DNA from: Minutocellus sp. GHC0000111
Lineage: Eukaryota
Length of the DNA stretch: 64,000 nt
Direction: 5' to 3'
NCBI GenBank assembly: GCA_977018835.1
Contig: OZ361257.1
Span: 2,914,001 to 2,978,000 of the forward strand
Below the pieces are notes generated by a model that did no database searches, was not told the origin of the DNA, and saw only the letters and a program-made list of their open reading frames with translations. Within the stretch, counting starts at the first letter, position 1. Every line of letters begins with the position of its first letter. Positions 44,354 to 57,044 of this stretch are shown here, piece by piece. The position numbers and the translations under genes are program-made.

Positions 44354-46729
44354 TTAAAGCTTAATAGGCGCTGATGACAATGCGACATTCTTTACGCACT
44401 CCTGAAGATTGGCAGCAAGAGTGGCATCCTCACATTCGACGGTCACCTTCGCCTCGGCACCATTGCTATCATCTTCGAACTCGACCTTCACAGTGCAGGT
44501 CAAAATTCCTCCATCAGCTGGATACTTCTCTAATCCGGTGTCGGTCTGGATCTCAAAGGACGCAGTACCTCCCTCGTACGTGGCCTCCACGTTGTCGAAT
44601 TGCTCCAATAGAGTATTGTGAATCAATCTCAATCGGCTCTCAACAATATTTCCGGTAGATTCCTCCTCCTCCTCCTTCTGTTTCTTCGAAGCGGGCTCGT
44701 CATTATCTTCCGAGGTCTTCTTCCTTCGGTGACCACATGGTTTGCTAGTGAGGCGTATTGAAGCAATGCTGCTTTGCGCATGCATCAACAATGCAACGAC
44801 GGCATCGGCTAGGATATCGCCTGCGGGGCTGGCATCCCATGAAGCTGTGGCCACACCTCGTGTTTTGCCGGTCGTTACCTTGACCTGATCTTCGTGAAGA
44901 CCAAAGGTAGTGATATTGGCATCATCAATACCTCCTTCCTCCTCTGTTTCTGTCACTCCACTGAACATTTCATTGAGGAAAAGCCGTAATGTGGTCACTT
45001 GTCCAGCAAACGGAACATGAAGCTTGGAAGATACCGACCCAACTCGGAGCTGGGTATACGTTGACAAATCCTCCGGACTCACAATCTTTGTGCTCTGTGC
45101 TTGTGTAACGAGAATGCCCCGTACTGCCTCGCCCTCCTGTGGCTCTTGTTCACGATCGGCAAGCGAGCCCATAACCTTGGCACTACGGCGACGGGTAAAT
45201 TTAAGTTTGACTTCTTGCAGATTCGGTGGCATGGTAATCGTTGGTCGTTTGTTCTGTGGGTCAATGAGAGAGAGAGGGATAGGAGAAGGGAATTTAGAAC
45301 GAGAAATGGTCGAGAGTTACATATCCTAGTGGTAGCAAATAGGCCCGGCATATCCTTCACACCCATTGTTTCGTCTCACCTCTGGAAGCTTCTTGTACTG
45401 CAGCATCAGGGCACTTTTCAGCCGTCCCATCTCGTCCTTTTGACCAAGGACGAGGATAATGTGCTTGGGATCAACCTTGGAGATGAAGTTACGATTCTCC
45501 ATGAAGTCAACGTGAGCAGAAAAGGAAACATAATCAACGAGGCAGTTCAGGGGCTGCCGGCGACCATCCAGGGTCACGACTTCCTTAGGCTGGTTCATAA
45601 TTTCCTTCGCCAGGGTATTCTCGACGGCATAACCGGCAATCAGCACGCCATTCTTTGGATCGGTCGCCCATCGGTCAAACAGCTGCCGGGAAACTCCCGA
45701 TTGCAGCATACCGGGAGAGGCAAAGACGACACTCGGCCCCCGATCATCAAAACTATCGACATTGACCGACTTGAGGTTGCGAATGTATCGAAAGGAGAAG
45801 GGGTTGGCAACATCCATCTGCGCACGGATGCGAGCATTCATCATGTTGGCGTACGTTTGATAGACGCGAAGAGCCCGACTGGCCAGCTTGGAGGCGTACC
45901 AGACGGGGATGCTCTGCAAATGCGGGTTGGCCTGCCAGTGCTCGTCAAGGATCAGGAGCAACTCCTGCGCCCGACCGAGGGCAAATACTGGGATGAGGCA
46001 CCGTCCACCGCGCGTTACGATCCTCTCCACCGTTCCCGTGAACCGTGCCTCCCTCTCCGCCCGAGAGGAGTGAACCTGCACTCCGTAGGTGGACTCAACC
46101 ATGAGGACGTCGGGTTTGACGTTGGGAATTTCTGCCGCCATGAGATGGCGATCGTCTTCCATGCTGTAATCACCGGTGTACAGGAGGGTCCTGCCACCAA
46201 TCTCCAGCAAGAACATGGCCGCTCCGAGGACGTGGCCAGCGTTGAGGGCGCGGAACTTGAGCGACCCGACCGATATGGTCTGGTGGTAATCGATCAGCTC
46301 GATCTTGTCGCAGCACTTGGTCAGTTCCTCCTCGGTGTACAGGACGTCTGAATTGTTGTTCTTGTCGTCGTCTCCGCCACTGCTAGAACCCTTCTTAATC
46401 GACATAAGGCGGAGGTAATCTCCGAGCAAGAGCCGAATCACCGCCTTGGTCGGGTGCGTCATGAAGATTCGGCCGCGGAAGCCGGTCCGCTCGGTGAAGT
46501 AAGGCAAACTGGCGGCATGGTCCAGATGGAAATGAGTGATCAGCAGCACATCGACGCGTTCCGGTTCGACCCGATCGAAGAAGGGCAGACCATTGAGACC
46601 GTCGTAGCCGGGATGGATGCCACAGTCAAGCAGGATCGTCATTCCGCGGAATTCCAGAAGATGGCAGGACCGTCCGACCTCCTGGCCCGAGCCGAGCGGC
46701 GTTATGGCCATTACATCCTCGAGCACCAT
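44354..46729 (-). CDS. CPSF3: CPSF73/Ysh1 endonuclease; intron 45254-45379; motif-C His replaced
   Basis: PLGSGQEVGRSC, THFHLDH, AGHVLGAAMF, FALGRAQELL, SFSAHVD. It reads ILVLGQ where the family has ILVHG. Confidence 0.95.
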
Positions 46730-47074
46730 GGTGGTCTGACTGCTGGCTGGATTATTGGGGTGCCAGTGGCGTGTAGCGGGAGCGGCGGGGAGGAGCGCGG
46801 CAAAATGCAAAATTGCAAAATGAACGTATCAAATTGCTTGGCGACGGCCAGACCACCAAAAAAACGCAGTCGAACGAGTCCTGAGGCATATCCGATTGGC
46901 AAGGAAGCAAGAAGCAAGGACTTTGCAACTTGGATTGGCGCTCATCCTAATATCAATATCATCCGGTAATGTAATCAAACGATTTGCAGTTAGCTTAGAA
47001 ATTCTACATGACGCTCTCTAGCTAGCTAGCGGCACATGCACCAGTGAGCCCTACATCCACCATTCATCCACTCA

Positions 47075-50000
47075 TCATTCGCACAGAGAGCAACCCTCTT
47101 TGCTTGCATTGGATGAGGCGCTTGCCACTTGCCAGAACCATCGCCGAAACGAAGGGTCGGCATTGGGATCATAAAAAGTGAATTTCGCACGCAGAGCAGC
47201 CAACTGCTGCGTACTGAGATGGGAAAGGGCCGGAAAATAGGCCACCTGATGTTCAGGTGGATCGCCGTGAGCTGGGGCAAGGCGCGAAGTAAGCCTGCGG
47301 CTCATCGAATCGCCCTCCTTGAGCATTCGTAGATGAGGTTTGGGAAATCGACCGTACGAAATACGGAGGAGGTGGTCTTTGCATGCTTGTCTCATTGGAT
47401 CGTATGCAGAACCAAGTGTCTTACTTCCACACCATACGAATAAGTTATCGAATTGATCAACAGCCAGGACAGACTGCACCATTGACGACCATTTGAGACG
47501 AAGAAAAAAGGATTACAAGCGATGTATTATAAATGTGGCGACAGATAGATACGCGAAAATGTGAGTGAGAACATTATGAAGATGGTGAAACATGAGCTTT
47601 CGAGAGGTCGCGGATGAAACAATAGACACGTAACAAGTACAAGCACCTCACCTCGTCCCAGAGGGCAAGTGTAACAGCTGGAACAGGCTCCAACGAAAAG
47701 CCCTGGGCGGTCTTGTTGGTATTAGCCCTGCAGCACCACACCGATGGTGACATAGTAGGCAAGCAGTCACTCAATGGGAGGCGCATAAAGAGACTCCTTG
47801 ATACGCATCGGTCATCTGGACTCTGCTGAGGACCCGTTCCAAGCAATGGCCCGCGCCTTAAAGAGTAAAGTGTGCGCAATCCATCTGCTAGCTCCGGGGG
47901 GAAGGCGAAGTCGAGAGAGGAGGCTGACAATGACCTATCACTGGCATTGCCAGGGCGCGATCCTAGCAAGCGGTATGCCGCTGATGCCAGGTGAATCGTA
48001 GCATCAATGTTCTTCCTCGCATCGTTGGCGAGCTCATCATCTCAATCTCGATCAAGAATAGCTACTTCCTCCTCTCCCGTTGATCCTCTTCCAGAGGTAG
48101 CTCGATATACGGCCTCTCTGCCGAGAACGAGGGCAACGACACTTCCCTGGAGTCCCTCATGAAATGCGTGGGTGTCTCTTACTGGCAGCCTGTGATTGAA
48201 AACCCGCGTAACGATGTGATTTCCGTCAGGCGTGGCGAATCGAGCAACAAATTGGAAAACGGCGTGTTCATCTTCTGGATGGATGTCACCATTGACTTGC
48301 ATCACAAGGGTGTGAGTTGCCAACCCGTCAAATCGACCCAATCGTAGTCGGGTAAGCGTCCCCGAAAGCATATCTTTTTAGGGCAGGCCGCTCGTAGGGA
48401 GACCAATCGCGGCGGCTCTTTGAGCTCCATGGGCATAGGATCCCTGTTCGTTGGCAATTACTGTTCTCTCATCATCATACTCCACACTTCCTGGGCCGAC
48501 AACAGAGTGTGGTGAAATAAAGGGAGAACAACGAATATCCAGAATGCATCCCGTCAATTTATGCAGTCTGGTACTATCTTCATCATTGGTGTTTGGTATG
48601 CTGGCCCTCTGATGGTTACTGCCTGCCTTGGATACGTGCGTCCTTTCGAGAACATGTCGCAGATTGGCAGCTGCCTCTTCACCGGAAAAGGTCTCATATG
48701 TCATACAGTAGCCATCACTTGGACCAGAAAGGGCCAAATAAGCGGGCATTCCCACATTTGTTGACCCTCCTACAAAACAGTCGATCCCAATGCAATCAGT
48801 CTCAAACGCATCCTTTCCTAGCAGTTGAAAGAATTCAGATGCTTCTGCCATTGCAACAGGGTCGATTATGTCACCGGCAGATCTGCGCTGCCGTCTCGGC
48901 GATCCCTTGCGGCTTGGGGAGGCGGGGAGAGCTGCCGCCCTCGAGTGGTTTGCTGTGTGTTGATTCTCATCTATCGAAGGGGGCACAGATTGAGCGACAA
49001 CGCTACCAGGACCATGATTGCAGCAGCCATTGGTAAAAAGGAGAATCCGGCCCGTTTCTAAGCCATGCTCCTCCGATGAGGCAGAAATCAAATTGATGGC
49101 CATGTTAATCGCTGCACCGGTACAACGACGTCGCTCTCTTTCTGTGCGTCGCTTTCTCCTCATCTGACGGGCACTACTACTACTAGAACGTTTCCCAGTA
49201 TCGGTTTCTACGGTTGCCTTTGACGACCCACCCCGCCTTCCTACATCTGCTGAGCGCGCTTCTCTTCTCAACCTTTCCTCTCTTCGCTGTCGGAGCATCT
49301 CCCGACGTGATGTTGGTGCCCCTATACCTCCACCACTGCTTGATGGGGCAGTTCCAGTAACAGTCTCATCTGAGGCTAAATCAAAATGAGCATCCAAGCA
49401 CCGCTCAAGAGCATCTAAGCCCGAATCCACTCCTGCCAAATATGCTCTTTCCTCCAAGATACTTGTATCACTACCATCTAACAAAGATGAAGATGCAGGG
49501 TAGACGTCGGCAGATGCCAAACCCGCTCTCAACCCAAGTTGGTAGATGGAAATCGTCTTTCCGAATATAATGAGACCAATTACGCCATTCCTGGAGCCAA
49601 TGAGACTCTTCTCCCCCTCAAATATGCTCCGAATGGTGTGCAGAACACTCCTCACCTCGGCCGATGGAATATGACCATCAACCACGAAAACGTACGCGCA
49701 TCCGCCGGCTCCACCGTCAGCATCGGCAGCCCGCTGGACATACTCGACAACATTGGAAATCAGTGGACTATTTGCTGAATTGTCGGCAAAGATGGCCGGG
49801 TCGGAAATGATATTATCTTCGTACCCACAGACTGAGCAGGTCCATTGGCCGTTACTTGTTTCGTATTCGCAGTAAGGGTTGATATGAGAAAGGCACGAGA
49901 GGCAGATGTTCATCGAAGCCTTACCATCCTCAATGCGAAGTGCATCTGCAGATATTAACGTATTCTGCTGGCCATTCCCGGCACCAGACTCGGCAAATGC

Positions 50001-50150
50001 GGAGATGACGCAGCCCAGCGGCAACTGACAACTTCCTGCGAGACCTGGGGTGGAAGGGACTGAGGTGGAGGTGAACAGAGGCCCGCTGGCCATTTGGGTT
50101 GCCGCAGATGAAGACGACGAAGGGCCCATTCGTTCGTCTGAGAGCATCAT
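47075..50150 (-). pseudogene. SEC23: SEC23-like COPII protein (plant SEC23A-type C-terminus); two in-frame stops; intron 47474-47651; start approximate
   Basis: CxxC..INPYC..WxCxxC zinc finger; YVFVVD; RCTGAAI; GRILLF; RFP..KEGDSMSR..RLAPAHGDPP..FP. TAA at 48378-80 and TGA at 48042-44 each continue in the same frame. Confidence 0.85.
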
Positions 50151-50177
50151 CGTCGCGGTCCAATTGCACGTGCCGAT

Positions 50178-50300
50178 GTGGTATGCGTTCGACGATGCCG
50201 GCCCGAGTAGAGTGCATACAAACGGTGGCTCGAGTAGAGTGGTATGCGTTCGACGGTGCCGGCCCGAGTAGAGTTCATCATACAAACGGTGCGGTGGCTC
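50178..50300. repeat. Two-copy tandem duplication, period 61 bp
   Basis: GTGGTATGCGTTCGACGRTGCCGGCCCGAGTAGAGT...CATACAAACGGTG starts at 50178 and at 50239. Confidence 0.9.
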
Positions 50301-50512
50301 GTTGGCTCGTTGGCCGACCTCTCGGTGCATGTCCGGGTTACTCACGTGCCATCATGACATGATGTGACATGATGCAGGGCTTGCGGTTCTCCGTGCTCTC
50401 AGCATCATCAGCAGGCATGATCATCATCTTCACAATTACAAATACAAATAGCACAGCAACAAAATCAATTCGATGCACATAGAAACGGTTGTTGGGGATG
50501 ATATCGATACAT

Positions 50513-50743
50513 TCTATTCTATTCTATTCTATGGTTAACCTTATTTAGGAATCAATCCAAGGGCGCACAAAGGCCTCCGCGCCAGCCAAGAAGCTTCGCT
50601 TAATGTGTGGTACCCTATCACCGTACCCTCGTACTGCGGACCGTTGCCGGGACACTGGAGCTCCGTTCTTGCTTTCGCCTAGTCCGGTGTACCACCGCCT
50701 AACATCCAAGCTCAGTTGCCTGAGGACGTCCGACCGAAGGAGC
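50513..50743 (-). mobile_element. 231-bp structured retro-insertion (SINE-like or 5'-truncated non-LTR element) with 18-bp TSD and (TAGAA)4 tail
   Basis: GGGATGATATCGATACAT at 50495-50512 and 50744-50761. (TTCTA)4 abuts the left copy. The interior has several GNRA-capped hairpins on the minus strand. Confidence 0.8.
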
Positions 50744-50897
50744 GGGATGATATCGATACATGTACTTGGAGCCTAGAGGACTGTGCGGTTTTGCTTACCG
50801 GTACTATATAGATTTTAACACTGCCTCTAGTTTTTCCTTTAGCGTTGTCAAACAAAATCAATTTGAATCATATAAGAACTCAAGTTAAGTTATCTGT

Positions 50898-53055
50898 TCA
50901 TTCATAGACGTGCTTTGTTTTGTACATGAGTAGCACACTTGAGATGACGCAAGACATAGACAATCCAGCAATGATGTAATGTGATAATTCGAAGCAAGCA
51001 TCTCCATAACATGTCAAGCCATCATCGTCGGTGTTCTTGACAATATGAGATTCATACACCGACTGTGCAACAAATTTGGATAAGATGAGAGTTCCGATGG
51101 CCGACGTAACCCCATCGTAGAACATGTAATTTGCGCCAACGTGCGCAGTGCCGAAACATTCCCCTACAATGAGAACCATGAGGGGCCAGATCATACCGAA
51201 TGCGGCCCCGCTCAACGCTACTCCAACAACAAAGGCAACCTCTGTGGTTGCAGTTGCTAACAGTAGATGGGCAGCGCACCCACCGAATGATGCCACCACA
51301 AGAAATGCCGGCCGGGGCAACCGAAATCTCCACCGGAGCGCCGACTCGGATATGGATCCTGTAAGCACCCTCGAGGCTGCCTGGGCAGCACTGAATAAGG
51401 CCAGAGATGCTGACGAGGTGGATGGGTCTAATCGCAATGCTTCGACCATTTGACCGACATTGTTGGTGATGACTGTACCGCCACCGGCGAGAATGGTGCA
51501 AGTCCAGAGCAGCAACCACGATGGCACCGTCTTGAGCATTTCCGTCAGGGTCAAATCATCGACTGGTTTGTGCGAAGCTTCTTGCCGTTGAGGTGATTGC
51601 TGACGCCGTCCAGCGCCAGAACCCAATAATTGTTCTTCTCCATCATTATCGTCGTCGTCACCACTCGACAAGCCACCATTACTACCGCGTAATTTATCTC
51701 CACTACTATCAGTACCACCATTCACCACACTTCCATCGGCTTCAAAACGATCCTGATTGGTTCCCTCTCCCCCCTCATCATCTTCTTGTTGGAGCAAATT
51801 ATCTTTTTCTTGCTCCCTGATTCCCGCCGCTCCTCGCATCACCCTCCTCGAGATCATCAGGGTGGGCACCTCTTCTGCCCATGCCCATGGAGTCTCGGAG
51901 CTTCCGGGGCAGGCATAGCATGGATAAAATGGGACCGAACCACATCATAACAATCAAAGCTGCGATGGCATAATTCTGTCCTAAACCGACAGTTTCCAGT
52001 TCGACCGCCTCCTGAGTACCACGCTCTTCGTCCGGCAAAAGCTCGCTTTCCTCGACGGCACCAAATCCACTATCGTGTCCGTGTGTATGCTTCTTGGACT
52101 CGGCCTCCTCGTAAAGCTCTAGCACGGACGTGCCGACCACAATAATGCCCAATCCCAACAGTCCAGCGTATACCATCCAGAAGTGCCACGGGGTAGTGGC
52201 ATCTCTCTTCCCGACCACCATCATTTGCTCCAAAGATGGCAAGAGACAAAGAGCGGGAATGCTAGCCGCACAGCAGGCAAAAAATGCGGCCATGGGAAGG
52301 AAGTTCAGGTCCGATGCCACACCGCCACCTGGAGTTCGAATGGATGCAAAGATACAGGCATAAGCGCCCGAACCCAGCCCGACATATCCCTTGGCAGCCC
52401 CAACGGCCGTCCCCTTGGTTCCAGGGCCGGTACAGGACACTATGATCTTGAACACCGAACCCGTCACAAGTGCCGACGACACATACGTCGCAATTCCAAG
52501 GATCGACAGCACCGTTACGACCAGCGACCGCGGAACGGGGACAGCGCCGATCGCCACTACCCAGTAGCACAGCAAACTCAATGCGCCGAGCAGTCCGCCC
52601 ACGGACGTTCCAAACTTTGGCCCGCGTCGGTCCACCACAAGACCGGGCGCCCAGGACAGCAACCCGGCGCAGAAGAAGGCTGAGGAGATGGTGTCCAGCT
52701 CCGACTGCGATAGGTGCAGCGTATGCTTCAGAGCGTTGGCGTACAGGCCAAATGCGTAGGTGGTACCGCCAGTGGTTCCCGAGGCACAAATTGCTGCGGT
52801 CAGCGAGGGTATGTTGGTCGATCGTAGTGCCGAAGAGGAGGTGGACCGAAATCGGTCATTTGTGTTGTTGTGGCTGCTATCGTCTTCATCGTATTCGTGC
52901 TCGTCCTCGAATTCCATCTCGCTCGGCGGGAGGCTGAGCGAGCCATGAAGAGGGCCCGAAGATGCCGCTGAACCGTCGTCTTGTGGAGATGCGTGGTCCA
53001 TGGTGGATAACAAATAAGTAGCGGCCCCGGTCTTCTTGCGAGGGCTATCAACCAT
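50898..53055 (-). pseudogene. MFS nodulin-like (NFD4/MCH1-type) transporter, frameshifted
   Basis: GGTTYAFGLYANALK..LSQSELD, KGTAVGAAKGYVGL, NNVGQMVEAL, ECFGTAHVGANY, CYGDACF. ORFs 51799..53094 and 50898..51869 join through one extra G near 51815 in the central loop. Confidence 0.85.
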
Positions 53056-53294
53056 TATGAGAGGCAAGCTGGGTGTCGATGAGAGAACAAGCAAAATCGA
53101 AGTAATCGAAGCTGAAAAGCGAGGTCATCCGGCCGATCAGAACGAATCAATCGAACGAGTCAAGTTTGGCGCGCAAAGGCCAAAAATCGCAATCAAATCC
53201 ACAACTTGACACCACACCCTCGAAGGCATGAGCAGTATCAACTCCCTCAGTCAGGTACATCCGCGACTATCTCCAGACCAAAGACCACACCAAA

Positions 53295-53691
53295 ATGATC
53301 CCCAAAATCCTTCGACCCGGCGGTGCCGAACTCAAGCCGCGCGGTAGCATCAGCATGGCGATGGCGGTGAGATGAGAGTGGCAAATGATTTTGTGATGTC
53401 TTTGTGTCTTTTTTACTTTGATTGAAGCGAACCTTGTTGCTCATGTTATCCGTGCATCCTTTCTTCTCCATTTCACGATGTATCTTGCAGAAGGTGAACA
53501 AACCCGCAGCCCTCATCATTGGGGTCGGTGCGATGTTTGTCTTTGGGATGAACGCTGCCTCTCATCCTGGTGGTGGATCTGTGATCGAGCAGGAGGTCAA
53601 AAGAACATCAAGGAGACGCCCACCACTTGGTCCGGGTAAGCGGCCGATCACGTGCACATTTATATTCGACACTAGCAAAACGAAACTGTGA
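53295..53691 (+). CDS. Small spliced single-TM protein (~90 aa) of unknown function; intron 53367-53490
   Basis: CCAAA-ATG context and a phase-0 GTGAGA...TTGCAG intron with pyrimidine tract give MIPKILRPGGAELKPRGSISMAMA/KVNKPAALIIGVGAMFVFGMNAA... The 3' end is uncertain (possible donor GTAAGC at ~53636). Confidence 0.6.
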
Positions 53692-54157
53692 AGTCCTATC
53701 AAACGTGCTCACACCAACAGCTAGACGGAGGAGGAAGAAAGGCGGGCTACAATTACACAAAGTGATGAAACAGCAGAGCATTTCTTTCCCTCCGTTTCGT
53801 CATCAAAAACATTCAAGGAGCCGATGCCCACAACGATGCCAAAGAAGCGGGCAGCTCATCTACCGATCGCTAGCTACATCCATAATAAGTAATCAATTGT
53901 TGCACATTTCACATGCTTGTAGATCTACATGTGTTGCCGCCGCATGGTTGGTTTTATGTTGTTGTGTGCGCGATCCTTTTTTGCTTGGAGTTGGATCTTT
54001 GGATCCCTGCTGGCAAGCTTGCTCAATCTTGACATTGTTGTCTACCTCATGCTCGATATTCAAGTCAGCAACCATTTGCAGAGCTACATAGAGCTGTACA
54101 TGTAGATCTCTAGCTGCCCAGCCCGGCATTTGGGTGTCTGCATTACATATGTGTGTG

Positions 54158-55262
54158 GGCCCGGGTGCCCTCTGAAAAAATCGTCCACCGGTTGGCGAAA
54201 AGACGGGCGCCAAGGGCGTGTTTATTTAGCAACCAAGTTCATGATGGGAAAAAGTAGTTTCAAACACATGCGGTTTGAATACGCTGTATGTAAGCCCTTA
54301 TTTTTTTCGCTTCTTTGTAGTAGTGCCCTGTTTACGACGGTCCCTTTCTCTTTTTTTTGGTCAGTGGACCTGTTAACATTAATTAGTAGACTCTCATGCG
54401 TCACTCTCCAACAACATTATTTTACATCATGTGTTTTCTCCAGCCAGCCAGGGCCTGCCTTTGTTGGCTTAAGAGCGAATTCTAGTTCTTCGACAGACAT
54501 GCGGAATTTTGCTGCCCATTCTAACATGGCTCTTTTCTCTTTTTCGCTCTCCAAGATAAATCCACGGTGTCATTGTCGAGAGATGGGAGACCCAAGCATC
54601 ACGAAGTCGAACTTTTTTGCATGGCGCACAGCATGCAAACGATTCAAACAGGATGGTGACATTTTTCTGGGGGGAGCTCATCTCTCGTCGACCAATGTGT
54701 GGATCCAGAGCCGGTCACGAACGAACAAGAGAGATGCAGTTTTCGGCTGGCTCTCAAGGTCCTGGCTGTTGATGACACTCACACCAGGCAATCCATCACG
54801 CCAGCAAGCAGCAGCGACGACATCGGCCGGCCACAAGAGAGGATCCTCAATGTCGAGATGGGACGAAACGAGAGAGGAATGATGTCTTCGTCTGGCAGTG
54901 CTTGATTCAGATGAGCGACCTCTACGACGTTGGCAACACGACGAAACTTGCTCCAGTGCTCGTCCTTCTTGCGAACAGCGTTGCGACTCATCGATCGATC
55001 CGCAAGATGGTTGGCTCTTTTGCGTCGTCACCGTGCCTGCTGCACGCACGTGCCAAAGAGTGGGCAAAAACCACATGATTAATTTTGTTGGAAGATCAAC
55101 GAAATTGGATAAAGCAGGTGGCATATGCACAAACCAACAACACTAGCACGAAGTGCTGAGCTTAGGAACCCAAAACCACCCCACGACCACACAACCACGT
55201 AACACCGAAAGCCTGTGTCGATCAATCTGCCCACACCCAGCAGCACGTAGGGCACCCGGGCC
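54158..55262. mobile_element. Possible old TIR element
   Basis: 14-bp perfect inverted repeat GGCCCGGGTGCCCT (54158-71) / AGGGCACCCGGGCC (55249-62) brackets a gene-free stretch with broken frames. No TSD seen. Confidence 0.35.
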
Positions 55263-55612
55263 ATCTGGAGCACACAGCTGACCCACCACCCCTCTGCCAC
55301 CAAGCTAAATACGTGGGCCAAACACATCTTCCTTCCCTCGCATGGAGGAACTGACAGCACAGCCCCCCCCCCCCCCAACGAAACCGCCCCTGCCCGTCGT
55401 CGGCCAGATGGGAACCCCCCCCCCCTTCGCCGCCATTTAGGCTCCGTGTCGATTCGATCGACTGAATGAGCGGAGAAGCTCTTGTATGGCGATTGCGCGC
55501 GCTCGCCTCGCACGCTTGGCCCGCCCGCAACTGAGCGCCGTCATCATGACGAATCCGAAATAAAGACACACCCTTCTGCGGTTTATTTACGTTTCTGCTC
55601 ATAAAAGCGACA

Positions 55613-56773
55613 ATGACGAAGGCCACCGCTACGCGTAGCGCTCCTCCGTCCCCCCTGCCACGTTCAGCATTTCTGCTCCTGATCCTCGCATGCCATGCCA
55701 ACAAAGCGTTGGCATGGAGTGGTGGCAGCGATACATCAGGAAAGGCGACCAGCAGGCGAGACTTGTTCCTCGCCATCCCTTCTGCTGCAGTGGCTGCTGC
55801 TTCATTGCTGGTGACGCTTCCAGCGAGTGCAGCGGTTACCGATGAGACCGACTCATTTGCCGCTGCGGGTTCGGCATACAGTGGATTGAGCAGATTTGAC
55901 CCACCGGCTACGAGCAGACAACAGAGCACTACCGCCACGTCAGATGAATTCACAGTATCAATCGTCAAAGAGGACCTCAAAAGTAGTGGAGGTCTTGGGC
56001 TGGAACTTGCTGACATTGAATTCCGAACGAATCGGCGGGTGTATGTGAAAAGCGTTCGGCCGAACTCGCTCGCCGATAAGAAGAACATCAAGAAGGGCTG
56101 GGTTCTGGTGGCAGTGGACGGTGCGAGTGCCGAACGGACCAATGCCGAGGGTGCTGCAATCATGGTGTCGCGTTCCGTTAGAGCGAGCGCAGATGGTGAG
56201 GGCAACAATAGTGCACTCGAACTTCGTTTTCGTGACCCTTCAGCATTTAACGATCAACTGAGAAATCTTATCCAGGGCCAAGAGGCCACAACCCAGGTCG
56301 CTCCTGCGGGAGATACAACTCAAAGGAATGCAGATGGATCCGTAAAGCGGGGCGAGAGAATAACAGACCAGGATGAGCAAAAGCTCAGCGTCACTCAGCT
56401 CATACCTCCCAAGCTGTGCAGGAGAGGTGCCGACGTTGATGACCTTTTGGAGATCTCTTACTTGGGAACCGTCGTGGAGACTGGACAAGTTTTTGATGGC
56501 AGTGCCATTAAAGTCGATGGCAAAGCCATTCCCGGCAGAGGTAACGATGTCAGCTTATTCTTTGTACTGGGAAAGCAGCCTTTTGGTCAGTTCCCGCCGG
56601 GTTTTGATGTTGGCTTGCAGGGTATGTGCGTTGGTGAACGTAGAAGAGTAATTGTTCCTCCGGTCCTGGCGTATGGGTCTGTGGGTGTGCCACGACGAGG
56701 GATTCCTCCCAATGCTAGCCTCCAATATGACATCACGTTGGTTTCGATCAATGGCCTTGCAACTCCACAGTAG
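55613..56773 (+). CDS. Thylakoid-lumen PDZ + FKBP-type peptidyl-prolyl isomerase
   Basis: Signal ALA-W; SRRDLF twin-arginine plus ASA cleavage; GLGLEL..VYVKSV.PNSLA..VAVDG (PDZ); YLGTV..FDG, GLQGMCVGERRRVIVPPVLAYG, IPPNASL (FKBP). Confidence 0.9.
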   Translation: MTKATATRSAPPSPLPRSAFLLLILACHANKALAWSGGSDTSGKATSRRDLFLAIPSAAVAAASLLVTLPASAAVTDETDSFAAAGSAYSGLSRFDPPATSRQQSTTATSDEFTVSIVKEDLKSSGGLGLELADIEFRTNRRVYVKSVRPNSLADKKNIKKGWVLVAVDGASAERTNAEGAAIMVSRSVRASADGEGNNSALELRFRDPSAFNDQLRNLIQGQEATTQVAPAGDTTQRNADGSVKRGERITDQDEQKLSVTQLIPPKLCRRGADVDDLLEISYLGTVVETGQVFDGSAIKVDGKAIPGRGNDVSLFFVLGKQPFGQFPPGFDVGLQGMCVGERRRVIVPPVLAYGSVGVPRRGIPPNASLQYDITLVSINGLATPQ

Positions 56774-57044
56774 ATGGCAGCCTCATGTCCTAGAGGCTAG
56801 CTAGCTAGAGTTGAGTTAGGGTAGGGAGACGTCGTGACTGTAAAAAGGGCAATCATTGATGCTTTAGATTGTGGTCGTTATCGGCCTGATAGCATTACGC
56901 CGCCGGCGAAGTTTTTGTACCGACGGCGCCAAGCCACGGTACGTAGGCCTACCTAGGTACGTAGGCGAGACGCCGTAAACTGAAGTCTTCGAAGATGAAT
57001 GAGCCGTGTTGCATGTTGCAGTTGATGGAGAGTTGTGATGAGGT

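Noticed and set aside
8727..46729. Functional cluster of RNA-processing genes (PES1, R3H, RluD, TGT, TrmN6-like, CPSF30, CPSF73)
   Set aside because: They act in different compartments and are interspersed with unrelated genes. Chance in a compact genome suffices unless conserved synteny is shown.
50700..50760. Hammerhead ribozyme (CTGAGGA core on the plus strand)
   Set aside because: No GAAA core follows the putative stem II, and the tetraloops point to the minus strand.
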